From contig CALNYG010000004.1 in NCBI GenBank assembly GCA_942490825.1, positions 116,888 through 180,887 of the forward strand: DNA of 64,000 bases, in the 5' to 3' direction. Under the pieces are notes generated by a model that was not told the origin of the DNA, did no database searches, and was given only the letters and a program-made list of their open reading frames with translations. The stretch is from Candidatus Moraniibacteriota bacterium (GTDB taxonomy: Bacteria > Patescibacteriota > Minisyncoccia > Moranbacterales > GCA-2747515). This document shows positions 56,477 through 64,000 of this stretch, piece by piece (positions within the stretch are counted from its first letter, which is position 1; each line of letters opens with the position of its first letter). The position numbers and the translations under genes were made by a program.

Positions 56477-57250
56477 CTATTTCTCAATCTCCTCAATATT
56501 CTTATCCAATTTATAAACCCCAAAAACCATATTCTTTTTCACTGTAAACAAATCCCTCAAAGTCTGAAAATATCCACTTAACCCAACTAAACTTTCACCT
56601 TTATCAATCCAATCAACAGGAACCTCTGCAATTTTATAACCCAACTTTTTTCCAATCATTAAAATTTCAAAATCAGTTCCCCAAGTATCTATAACCATTC
56701 GAGGAAAAATGTCTTCAACAGCATCTTCAGTCAAAGCCTTAAAGCCACACTGTGTATCTTTAACTCCCCATAAACCAGTCACCGCCTGAATCAATAAATT
56801 TCCCATATCACCAAATGCTTCTTTCCATTTTGGTTGATGAACCTTCACGTCAGCTTCTTTTAAATCTCTTGACGCAATAACAATCTCAGCTCCTTCATTA
56901 AATTTAGGTAAAAAACGATCGAACATCTCAATCGGAGTTGCTCCATCCATATCTGTAAACATTCGAATTTTACCTTCAGCAACTAGCATTCCTTCACGCA
57001 CAGAATATCCTTTTCCTCTATTTTTCTTTCGATCAATAATTCTAATGTTTTCTAAATTTTTAGTTTTTTCTCGAACTAAATCTGGCGTTCCATCAGTGGG
57101 ACCATCCAAAACTATAATGATTTCGAAAGATTGTTCTAATTTATTAAAGTAATTAACGATTGAATTTAAATTGTGTTCCATGTCCTCTGGCTTGCTAGCT
57201 TCATTGTAAGTTGGAATGATTACAGAATACATCGGTTTTGTATCTTGCAT
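56477..57250 (-). CDS. glycosyltransferase family 2 (polyprenyl-phosphate glycosyltransferase-like)
   Basis: YSVIIPTYNE, VLDGPTDGT and FTDMDGATP (DxD-like). Confidence 0.8.
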   Translation of the reverse strand: MQDTKPMYSVIIPTYNEASKPEDMEHNLNSIVNYFNKLEQSFEIIIVLDGPTDGTPDLVREKTKNLENIRIIDRKKNRGKGYSVREGMLVAEGKIRMFTDMDGATPIEMFDRFLPKFNEGAEIVIASRDLKEADVKVHQPKWKEAFGDMGNLLIQAVTGLWGVKDTQCGFKALTEDAVEDIFPRMVIDTWGTDFEILMIGKKLGYKIAEVPVDWIDKGESLVGLSGYFQTLRDLFTVKKNMVFGVYKLDKNIEEIEK

Positions 57251-57374
57251 AATGTTTTTTAATTTATTTTTTAGTTATTATCTTTATTTTACTAGATTTT
57301 AGAGAATGTGGGAAGTTTTATTTTATTAAATGTATTTTTTATAAGTATTCATTTTAATCTACTAACTACTAGAC

Positions 57375-57593
57375 ATATCATTCCGGAAAATATATTTTCT
57401 CCTTCAGAGCGTAGCGATGAAATAGAAAATAATTTATCCGGAATCTAGAAAACTTTAAGATTATAAATAAACTTTAATTTTTTATTTTTCTCTTGTAATT
57501 TCTAAATACCGGATAGACGAACCTGTCTGCCGAACAGGCAGGTTTAAATCAATCGCTACGCTCTTGAATAAATTCTGTCTTCCGGCATGACAT
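57375..57593. repeat. 219-bp double-hairpin element with ATATCATT / CATGACAT termini and a nested mini-palindrome
   Basis: Same architecture as 35235-35405. The right hairpin additionally contains ACCTGTCTGCCGAACAGGCAGGT (57521-57543), which is absent from the 35331-35405 copy. Confidence 0.9.
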
Positions 57594-57613
57594 ATTTGAG
57601 AGTTTTATGATCA

Positions 57614-57997
57614 CTAATTATCCAAATAGCTCTGTAACAAAATTCTTGCTGCCTCGGCATCATCTTTTGAATCAAGTTTTTTAACATCTTGAGCTCTTAA
57701 ATTAGTCTGGGCCTCTCGAGTGGAGAACATTTCTTCCGTAAAAAAAACTTCAACATTAAATTTACTTTTTAATTCATCTGCAAAAAGTCTAATCTTTTTT
57801 TCATTATCAGTCTGAACATCATTTGTCGAAAGTCCGATCACAATTTTCTCAATGGAATATTCATCAATAATACTTGATAAATTTTCCCAAATGTTTTTAT
57901 CATTTAAAATAACTTGATTAGCAAAAGCCATCCGCATTTCTTCATCTGCAATTGCTAAGCCTATTTTTTTTTCACCCCAGTCTATTCCTAGATACAT
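57614..57997 (-). CDS. ruvX: Holliday-junction-resolvase-like RuvX/YqgF
   Basis: MYLGIDWGEKKIGLAIAD; 127 aa. Confidence 0.85.
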   Translation of the reverse strand: MYLGIDWGEKKIGLAIADEEMRMAFANQVILNDKNIWENLSSIIDEYSIEKIVIGLSTNDVQTDNEKKIRLFADELKSKFNVEVFFTEEMFSTREAQTNLRAQDVKKLDSKDDAEAARILLQSYLDN

Positions 57998-58001
57998 AAA
58001 A

Positions 58002-58622
58002 TTATTTTCTCCAAAGATATTCTTGACTTTTATCTATTTCATTATTAATACAAGTTAATTCATCATTATCATCAACTTTATAAAAACAATTTGTATTGCC
58101 CACGCATTTCAACTCATTTTTATCAGAATTATATTCATACAAAGTACAATTTTTATCACGATACATATTATCACTATATTCAATTCTCTCAAAACTTCCC
58201 GCATCTATTTTTAAGTTTTTCTTTTTATATTCACGAAAAATCCTATATCTATCTTCTTCTTGAAAACTAACACAGATATCTTTTTTGTTAGAAAAAAATA
58301 TTATACCCTTAGGACCTTTTTCATATTCAACTTCAGCATAACAACCGTCTAACATTCTTTGCCAACCAAATGGCAAGTGTATCAATGCCAAAATTATAAT
58401 TAAAACAGTTGCAACTTTACTCCTCCATAAAAGAAGAAGGGAAAATATCAATATAATAAAAAATAAATATCCATACCTAAACAAATCCGCTAACCCAGAA
58501 AATTCTTTAAGTCTATCTACTGGACTAGATTCATAACCAGCATAAATTGACCACACACCGATAATCATGAAAAATGCACCTACAATAACCAACAACCATT
58601 CTGAATTTAAAAGTTTTTTCAT
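58002..58622 (-). CDS. hypothetical membrane protein
   Basis: Four N-terminal helices and a Cys-containing C-terminal domain. No recognisable motif. Confidence 0.35.
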   Translation of the reverse strand: MKKLLNSEWLLVIVGAFFMIIGVWSIYAGYESSPVDRLKEFSGLADLFRYGYLFFIILIFSLLLLWRSKVATVLIIILALIHLPFGWQRMLDGCYAEVEYEKGPKGIIFFSNKKDICVSFQEEDRYRIFREYKKKNLKIDAGSFERIEYSDNMYRDKNCTLYEYNSDKNELKCVGNTNCFYKVDDNDELTCINNEIDKSQEYLWRK

Positions 58623-58641
58623 AAAAATTTCACACTAAAAT

Positions 58642-59409
58642 TTAAGCCTGTGTCAAAACCTCATATCCATTCTCTGTAACAACAATCGTATTCTCCCAAT
58701 GAGCACTTAATTCACCATCCTCCGTAACATAAGTCCAACCATCACTCGCTATCCTCACCACAAAAGTACCCACATTAATCATCGGCTCCAAAGCAAAAGT
58801 CATACCCGCTTTAAGTTCAAAATCATAAAAACGTTTTTCAATATAATTAGGAATCTGCGGATCCTCATGCAGTTCATGACCAATCCCATGTCCCACCAAA
58901 TCCCTCACTACAGAATAACCATTACTCTCTGCATATTCCTGAACTCCTTTAGAATAATCTGACATTCTTGCACCTTCTTTAATATTTTTTAGTCCAGCTA
59001 ATAAAGATTTTCTAACATGTTCTGTAATATCTTTACATTCCTGATCAACTTCACCAACACAAAAAGTTCTTGCCATATCAGCATGAAAACCATCTTTTTT
59101 TAAACCAATATCAATCTTGACTAAATCACCATTTTGAATAATTTTTTCCTCAGTTGGAAAACCATGCACTATTTCTTCATTAATAGAAAAACAAATTGTG
59201 TATGGAAAAGGATCGCCAGACTCTGCACCGTAATTTTTAAAAGATGGCACTGCACCATTGGCACGAATTTGTTCTTCCGCAAAATCATCTAATTCTTTAC
59301 CACTGACACCAGCTTTAACTTTTTTTTCTAAATCCAAAACGATCCCAGCCAAAATCCGCCCATTTTCTCGCATTATTTTAATTTCTTGAGTTGTTTTTAT
59401 AATACTCAT
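58642..59409 (-). CDS. map: methionine aminopeptidase type I
   Basis: Pita-bread fold motifs with metal ligands in DLVKIDIG, GHGIGHELHE, FALEP and WENT. Confidence 0.92.
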   Translation of the reverse strand: MSIIKTTQEIKIMRENGRILAGIVLDLEKKVKAGVSGKELDDFAEEQIRANGAVPSFKNYGAESGDPFPYTICFSINEEIVHGFPTEEKIIQNGDLVKIDIGLKKDGFHADMARTFCVGEVDQECKDITEHVRKSLLAGLKNIKEGARMSDYSKGVQEYAESNGYSVVRDLVGHGIGHELHEDPQIPNYIEKRFYDFELKAGMTFALEPMINVGTFVVRIASDGWTYVTEDGELSAHWENTIVVTENGYEVLTQA

Positions 59410-59431
59410 AATTTATTTACTTAGCTTTCAA

Positions 59432-59962
59432 TTAATTCCTTTCTGCTAATTTAACATATAATTCTCTCATCAACTTAACATCATCCAAAGAATTGTGCAA
59501 TTGATAATTATCTAAATCTACACCAAACTGTGCGAAAAAAGTTTTCTTTTCATCACCGATCTCACGCGCTGGATTTAATCCGAGTCCGAAAAGTATCGAC
59601 GCAAAATCAATCGGAATTCTGTGAATTGGTTCTTCTTCTTCATCAAATAAGTCATGCCAAAAAGCCATGTCGTACTGATTAACTGTTGCTACTAAAAAAG
59701 GTTTACTTTTTCCACAAAATTCTCTAATTTGCTTTTTTGCTTCTTCACGAGAAATTGGATTTCCTTTTAAATAAGGTTCAACGTTTTCCTGAGTCCAATC
59801 ACTAATACATCTGTCATCATATTTCAACTCTAAATAGAGTTCTTTTTTTCCGTCTAACGACACCATACCGATTGACATTAAGTCACCTTTTAATACTCCT
59901 GAACAGGTAAATTCTGAGTCAAAAAATACGATATCATCTGAAAATGGTTTGAATTTTTGCAT
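59432..59962 (-). CDS. DEDDh (DnaQ-like) 3'-5' exonuclease
   Basis: FFDSEFT (DxE), VNQYDMAF and HNSLDDV (H-x4-D). Confidence 0.65.
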   Translation of the reverse strand: MQKFKPFSDDIVFFDSEFTCSGVLKGDLMSIGMVSLDGKKELYLELKYDDRCISDWTQENVEPYLKGNPISREEAKKQIREFCGKSKPFLVATVNQYDMAFWHDLFDEEEEPIHRIPIDFASILFGLGLNPAREIGDEKKTFFAQFGVDLDNYQLHNSLDDVKLMRELYVKLAERN

Positions 59963-60045
59963 AATTAAATTTAAAAATATTATTTATATATTTTCAGTAT
60001 AGCATTTTTAAATAAAGAATAAACTACTAAATACTGGAACTCACG

Positions 60046-60876
60046 CTAAAACAAAGACGGCTGTTGAGCCTCTGGAAAAAATATCTTTTCTACCAAATCA
60101 CATTCCTGTCTCACAAATTCATTTTCAATCTCCAAAACAATCGGTAAGTGATCCGACCCAGCACAATTCTCAATTTTTGAATCATTAATCTTTTTCATAA
60201 AGTTTTCAGAAACTAAAAAATAATCCAATCTAACATTAGCATGACACAATCTCAATTTAGGATTTTCAAGCCATGAATATTCTTTTCCTTCAGGATATAA
60301 ATTTCTGTAAGTATCCACAAAACCCGAATCTAAAATATTTTTAAATCCAATCCTTTCATTAACAACTTTTTTTCTAAAATTAAAATCTTCAAGAAAATGT
60401 TCGTGATGTTGTAAATCTAAATCAGACCCTAAAACATTCAAATCTCCGCAAACAATAACGTTTTTACTCGCAGATAATTTTTTCAAATGTTGCAAAAAAT
60501 TAACATCCCAGACATCTCTTCTATAATCCAATCTTGATAAATCATTTTTAGAATTAGGTGTATAAACGTTTACCAGAAAGAAGTCTGCAAACTCCAAAGT
60601 TATCACTCTTCCTTCTTGATCAATATTTTCAAGTCCAAAAGTATGTGAAATCGGTTTTTGTTTTGAAAAAATTGCCGTCCCAGAATAACCGTTTTTCTCT
60701 GCAAAATGATAAAAATGAAAAGGAAAATCTTTCAAAACTTCTGGCAACTTTTCATGCGAAGTTTTTATTTCCTGAACACAAAAAATATCTGGATCATGTT
60801 TTTCTAAAAATTCAAAGCAATCACCTTTTTCTTTCCAAGATTTTATTCCATTTATATTCCACGATATTATTTTCAT
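60046..60876 (-). CDS. xth: exodeoxyribonuclease III / AP endonuclease
   Basis: MKIISWNINGI, CVQEIK, GDLNV and SDHLPI. Confidence 0.9.
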   Translation of the reverse strand: MKIISWNINGIKSWKEKGDCFEFLEKHDPDIFCVQEIKTSHEKLPEVLKDFPFHFYHFAEKNGYSGTAIFSKQKPISHTFGLENIDQEGRVITLEFADFFLVNVYTPNSKNDLSRLDYRRDVWDVNFLQHLKKLSASKNVIVCGDLNVLGSDLDLQHHEHFLEDFNFRKKVVNERIGFKNILDSGFVDTYRNLYPEGKEYSWLENPKLRLCHANVRLDYFLVSENFMKKINDSKIENCAGSDHLPIVLEIENEFVRQECDLVEKIFFPEAQQPSLF

Positions 60877-60885
60877 AAGTTAAAA

Positions 60886-61335
60886 TTAATTCCAACCAAA
60901 TTCACTGTAAAAATTATCATTCTTAATATTTTCAAGAACCTGAAGAACCTCTGGAGCAATATTTTCTGGTAAACTATTCAAGTCAAACCATGATAAATCA
61001 TCACATTTCTCTGGTTCCATGTTTTTAATCTCACCATCCCATTTTTCACTCACAAAAAATGCACTGACTCTTTCATTATTCTGAGTGATCCCAAAATCTC
61101 CATGTATCACATGAGCTACTTTTAAATTTTTTGATTCTAAATCAACTCCTATCTCTTCCTTTGCTTCCCTAATTACACATCGAGTAAAACTTTCTCCGAC
61201 TTTAACGTGTCCAGAAGGTAATGAATATTTGCCATTACAATACTTTTTATTATAACGTCTCGACATTAATACTTTCTTATCTTTTAATAAAATCAGATAT
61301 GACGCTGGAATTATTTTATGTCTTTCTTTTTTCAT
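60886..61335 (-). CDS. Nudix hydrolase (paralog B)
   Basis: Nudix box SGHVKVGESFTRCVIREAKEEIGV. About 50% identity to paralogs A1 and A2. Confidence 0.85.
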   Translation of the reverse strand: MKKERHKIIPASYLILLKDKKVLMSRRYNKKYCNGKYSLPSGHVKVGESFTRCVIREAKEEIGVDLESKNLKVAHVIHGDFGITQNNERVSAFFVSEKWDGEIKNMEPEKCDDLSWFDLNSLPENIAPEVLQVLENIKNDNFYSEFGWN

Positions 61336-61371
61336 ATTTTTTAAATTTAATTATTTTTATAAGTTCAAAAC

Positions 61372-61806
61372 TTAAAATCCAAAATCACTATAAAAAACTT
61401 CTTTCTTTATATTTTTAAGAGCTTGTTTTATAAAAGGAATTGTATTATCAGGTAAATTATCCATATCAAACCAACTAACATCATCACATTTTTCAGATTC
61501 TGCAACTCTAGGCTCACCAGTCCAATCATTTGCCATAAAAAATACATCGATTCTATTACCACTTTGTTGCCTATGCAATACATGCACAGCATTTAAATCT
61601 GCTGAATTTATTTCTATATCAGCTTCCTCTTTAGCTTCTCTAATCATCGCATCCTTATAAGCTTCACCATCATCAACATGTCCACCTACTAAACTATAAT
61701 TACCATCTTCGTATCCAGTATTATATCTTCTAAGTAAGAGAATTTTATTATCTTTTATTAAAACAAGATAAATTCCCGGAATAATTTTTAATCTTTCTTT
61801 AGACAT
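61372..61806 (-). CDS. Nudix hydrolase (paralog A2)
   Basis: GGHVDDGEAYKDAMIREAKEEADI. About 85% aa identity to 54668-55102. Confidence 0.88.
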   Translation of the reverse strand: MSKERLKIIPGIYLVLIKDNKILLLRRYNTGYEDGNYSLVGGHVDDGEAYKDAMIREAKEEADIEINSADLNAVHVLHRQQSGNRIDVFFMANDWTGEPRVAESEKCDDVSWFDMDNLPDNTIPFIKQALKNIKKEVFYSDFGF

Positions 61807-61827
61807 ATTATAATTTTAAAAGTTTAA

Positions 61828-62403
61828 TTATTTATTAAAATCATAACCCTGCTTTTTCAAAATCCCAAAAACATACCCGTCCTGATCTTCCTCACCAACT
61901 TCAGCGTTAAATTTTTCCAAAACAGAAAATAAATATTTTTTAGCTTCTTTAGGATTATCAGAGTGAGATGTAAGTTCTAGTTCAATAAAAACACCGTAAT
62001 CTTTTACCTCATCAATTGCAATTTCCACATCATCAAACTGCCAAGTACTTCTAACTTTATCAACAATTAATATTTCCTTAAATTCAAGAATATTCAATAT
62101 TTTAAACAAAGACTCTGAGCTATCCACTTTCGTTTCAAATTCATCAAAATATTCAACCTTATTTGAATTTTCCGGATGACAATGTTTATAAGTAAAAAAA
62201 TCACCTTTCTCAGATTCACGAACTCTTAAATATTGATATGGATGATCTGCGTCAATAAAATCTTTGTGAGCTGGAGTATAATAAGTATCTTTTTGACGTA
62301 AGTCTACAGTTTTTATTTCAGCATTTTTATTCAAAAAGTTCGTAACTTCATCCTTATTATTCAAAGGTAATTTAATTTCTATTTCAATATCTTTATTTGC
62401 CAT
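61828..62403 (-). CDS. CYTH-domain protein (triphosphate tunnel metalloenzyme / CyaB-like)
   Basis: N-terminal EIEIKLPL (ExExK); 191 aa. Confidence 0.75.
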   Translation of the reverse strand: MANKDIEIEIKLPLNNKDEVTNFLNKNAEIKTVDLRQKDTYYTPAHKDFIDADHPYQYLRVRESEKGDFFTYKHCHPENSNKVEYFDEFETKVDSSESLFKILNILEFKEILIVDKVRSTWQFDDVEIAIDEVKDYGVFIELELTSHSDNPKEAKKYLFSVLEKFNAEVGEEDQDGYVFGILKKQGYDFNK

Positions 62404-62424
62404 TTTTTTTAAATTAAAATTGAT

Positions 62425-62829
62425 TTATTTATCTTCCTCAATCTCTGCATCTTTTATTTTTTCGCTTCCCTTGTTTGTATCGCATTTAGAATCATTTTTA
62501 ATCTGATTATTGTTTTTTAAATTAGAATTTACCACAGAACTTTCAAGTGCTTGCAAATAATTCAAAACGGCTGCAATAACATGCAATGCCCACCCTATAA
62601 AAGGAATGATCGCAAAAGCAGTCGCTAAAATACCTGCCATACTACCAGTTATATTTCTCTTTTCTTGATTAGCCAAAACAAGTGTCAAAATATGAATAAC
62701 TAAACTAACCACAATAAAATTACCCCAAGAACCAACGTAGACCATCCAACCTAAGAAAGGTATTGCAAAAAAGGTCTCATAAATAGCCGCTACTAAAAAT
62801 GCCGTCTGAACATTCTTCATTTTTCTCAT
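62425..62829 (-). CDS. hypothetical membrane protein with an internal two-fold repeat
   Basis: FAIPFLGWMVYV and AIIPFIGWALHV repeats. Confidence 0.35.
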   Translation of the reverse strand: MRKMKNVQTAFLVAAIYETFFAIPFLGWMVYVGSWGNFIVVSLVIHILTLVLANQEKRNITGSMAGILATAFAIIPFIGWALHVIAAVLNYLQALESSVVNSNLKNNNQIKNDSKCDTNKGSEKIKDAEIEEDK

Positions 62830-62948
62830 ATAAATAATATTAATGTTTATTTAAATATCTTAGCATGATGAATTCATTTTTACAAAAAGAAAAAACCTCC
62901 GCCAAGAGGCAAAGGTCTTTAAGAATCAATAAAAAATTCTCACATTAA

Positions 62949-63257
62949 TTATTTCTTACGTCGAAACAAAAATGCAACAATAGCACCTAAAACTACACCA
63001 ATTCCAGCCGCAATACCAACAGACTTCTCAGGATTTTCCTTAACATATTCTCGTGTATCTTCATGAACCTCTTTAGCTTTTTCTTTAGCTACTTCAACTT
63101 TTTCTTCTACCACTTCCTTTACCGCTTCAACCTTCTCTCCAACTTTTTCTTTCATTTCACCCATTTTTTCAACAGCCTTATCTTTCATTTCTTCAGCTTT
63201 ATCTTTAGCTTCAGAAGTACAACATTTAACACTTTCCTTACAATCACATTTTTTCAT
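62949..63257 (-). CDS. DUF883 (ElaB/YqjD-like) tail-anchored stress protein
   Basis: K/E-rich helical region, then ENPEKSVGIAAGIGVVLGAIVAFLFRRKK. Confidence 0.6.
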   Translation of the reverse strand: MKKCDCKESVKCCTSEAKDKAEEMKDKAVEKMGEMKEKVGEKVEAVKEVVEEKVEVAKEKAKEVHEDTREYVKENPEKSVGIAAGIGVVLGAIVAFLFRRKK

Positions 63258-63283
63258 ATTTTTATTTATTATCTAATTAAATT

Positions 63284-63595
63284 TTATTTAATTTTTCTAA
63301 TCAAAGTTATTAATAACATAAGCAAAAAAATTGAACCTCCCACAACCATCAAACCAAACCCTAAACCAAATCCTGTAAAGCTGCCTAACCAAATCGCTAC
63401 ACCAACAAGAAGAAAAGTGAATCCAATCAGTCCTAAAAAAGCAATTGTAATAACACTAACTATATCTCGAACAATATTACTTGCAGTTTTTTCTATTCTC
63501 TCTATAATTCCCGCCTGCATAACTTTTAGCATCGATCCAACTACTTCAGATACAGTGCTAATTATAGTTGACTTATCATTATTTTGATCTTCCAT
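63284..63595 (-). CDS. YqjE / holin-X-like small membrane protein
   Basis: 103 aa with two long hydrophobic helices. It is adjacent to the DUF883 gene, as in the yqjD-yqjE pairing. Confidence 0.4.
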   Translation of the reverse strand: MEDQNNDKSTIISTVSEVVGSMLKVMQAGIIERIEKTASNIVRDIVSVITIAFLGLIGFTFLLVGVAIWLGSFTGFGLGFGLMVVGGSIFLLMLLITLIRKIK

Positions 63596-63696
63596 AAAGT
63601 TTCGTATTTATATTTAATTTCCCTTGTATTATAGCATAATGTAAGGCTGTTGTAAAATTTTGAGCGTTTTTTCAACTTATTTCTAAACTAATTTTT

Positions 63697-63737
63697 GTGC
63701 CTGTCTGCCGATAGGCAGGCTCGCCGCACGAGTTTTT
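63697..63737 (+). repeat. GC-box repeat copy 7, interrupted by a 20-nt mini-palindrome
   Basis: GTGC[CTGTCTGCCGATAGGCAGGC]TCGCCGCACGAGTTTTT, with the bracketed insert at 63701-63720. Confidence 0.9.
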
Positions 63738-63850
63738 AAACTTAAGATTTTTATAATTTATATTTCGTTTACTAAATTTAAAAGTTTAATTACTTTATTA
63801 TAAACTCCACAATAGATATCGCATTGTAAGCTTACACTTTTTATAATTTC

Positions 63851-64000
63851 ATGTCATTCCGGAAGTTATAATTTTTTCAAGAGCGTAGCGATTGAATAAA
63901 AATTAATCTATCCGGAATCTCAACAAGCTTTCCTGACACTTAAAGAGATTCTGGAAAATAATTTTTCCGTTCTGCTACAAAATTATTTTCTGGAATAACA
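63851..64000. repeat. double-hairpin ATGTCATT element, right end cut by the window edge
   Basis: Left hairpin at 63851-63922 (ATGTCATTCCGGAAGTTATAATTTTT...AAAAATTAATCTATCCGGAAT). Right hairpin at 63946-64000 (ATTCTGGAAAATAATTTT...AAAATTATTTTCTGGAAT). Confidence 0.85.

Noticed and set aside
63063-63587. 174-aa plus-strand ORF across the DUF883 and YqjE-like genes
   Set aside because: It spans two well-formed minus-strand genes and their spacer. Its translation is low-complexity and F/N-rich, so it is a shadow ORF.

Overview
This is an AT-rich bacterial chromosomal segment with about 60 protein genes, more than 80% of them on the minus strand. It uses the standard genetic code: TGA terminates real genes at 13440 and 19941, and no conserved ORF is broken by TGA. 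Gene content and protein architectures suggest a reduced-genome CPR/Patescibacteria-like organism, but that is inference only and no database search was possible.

Most genes are housekeeping:
- Nucleotide, DNA and RNA functions: class Ia RNR (nrdA/nrdB), uvrA, xth, ruvX and RNase P RNA (rnpB).
- Translation: rpmE, prfA, leuS, rplY and map.
- Fe-S assembly and chaperones: a minimal sufS-sufU-sufT set and dnaJ with a CIRCE operator.
- Other core genes: peroxiredoxin, alr, mreB and tpiA.
- Envelope and glycan genes: GT4 x2, GT2, a WbaP-like phosphotransferase, a Wzz-like protein, an O-antigen-ligase/TPR protein and a nucleotide-sugar dehydrogenase.

I see no CRISPR array, tRNA, rRNA or prophage.

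The features that stand out are:
1. A dense, modular network of intergenic hairpin and palindromic repeats. It includes a 25-nt GC-box (7 co-oriented copies), long double-hairpin elements with ATGTCATT/AATGACAT termini, and a 20-nt mini-palindrome found nested inside other repeats. A single RAYT-like HUH/Y1 transposase gene lies in the same window and itself carries an in-frame perfect 36-nt palindrome.
2. A LeuRS with a roughly 140-aa Nudix-like domain inserted next to its CP1 editing domain, alongside three stand-alone Nudix paralogs.
3. A stand-alone OLD-like ATPase/Toprim gene.
4. A Cas4-like nuclease cassette.
5. A decaying ispG remnant.

All functional calls rest on motifs read by eye, and RNA and repeat boundaries are approximate.
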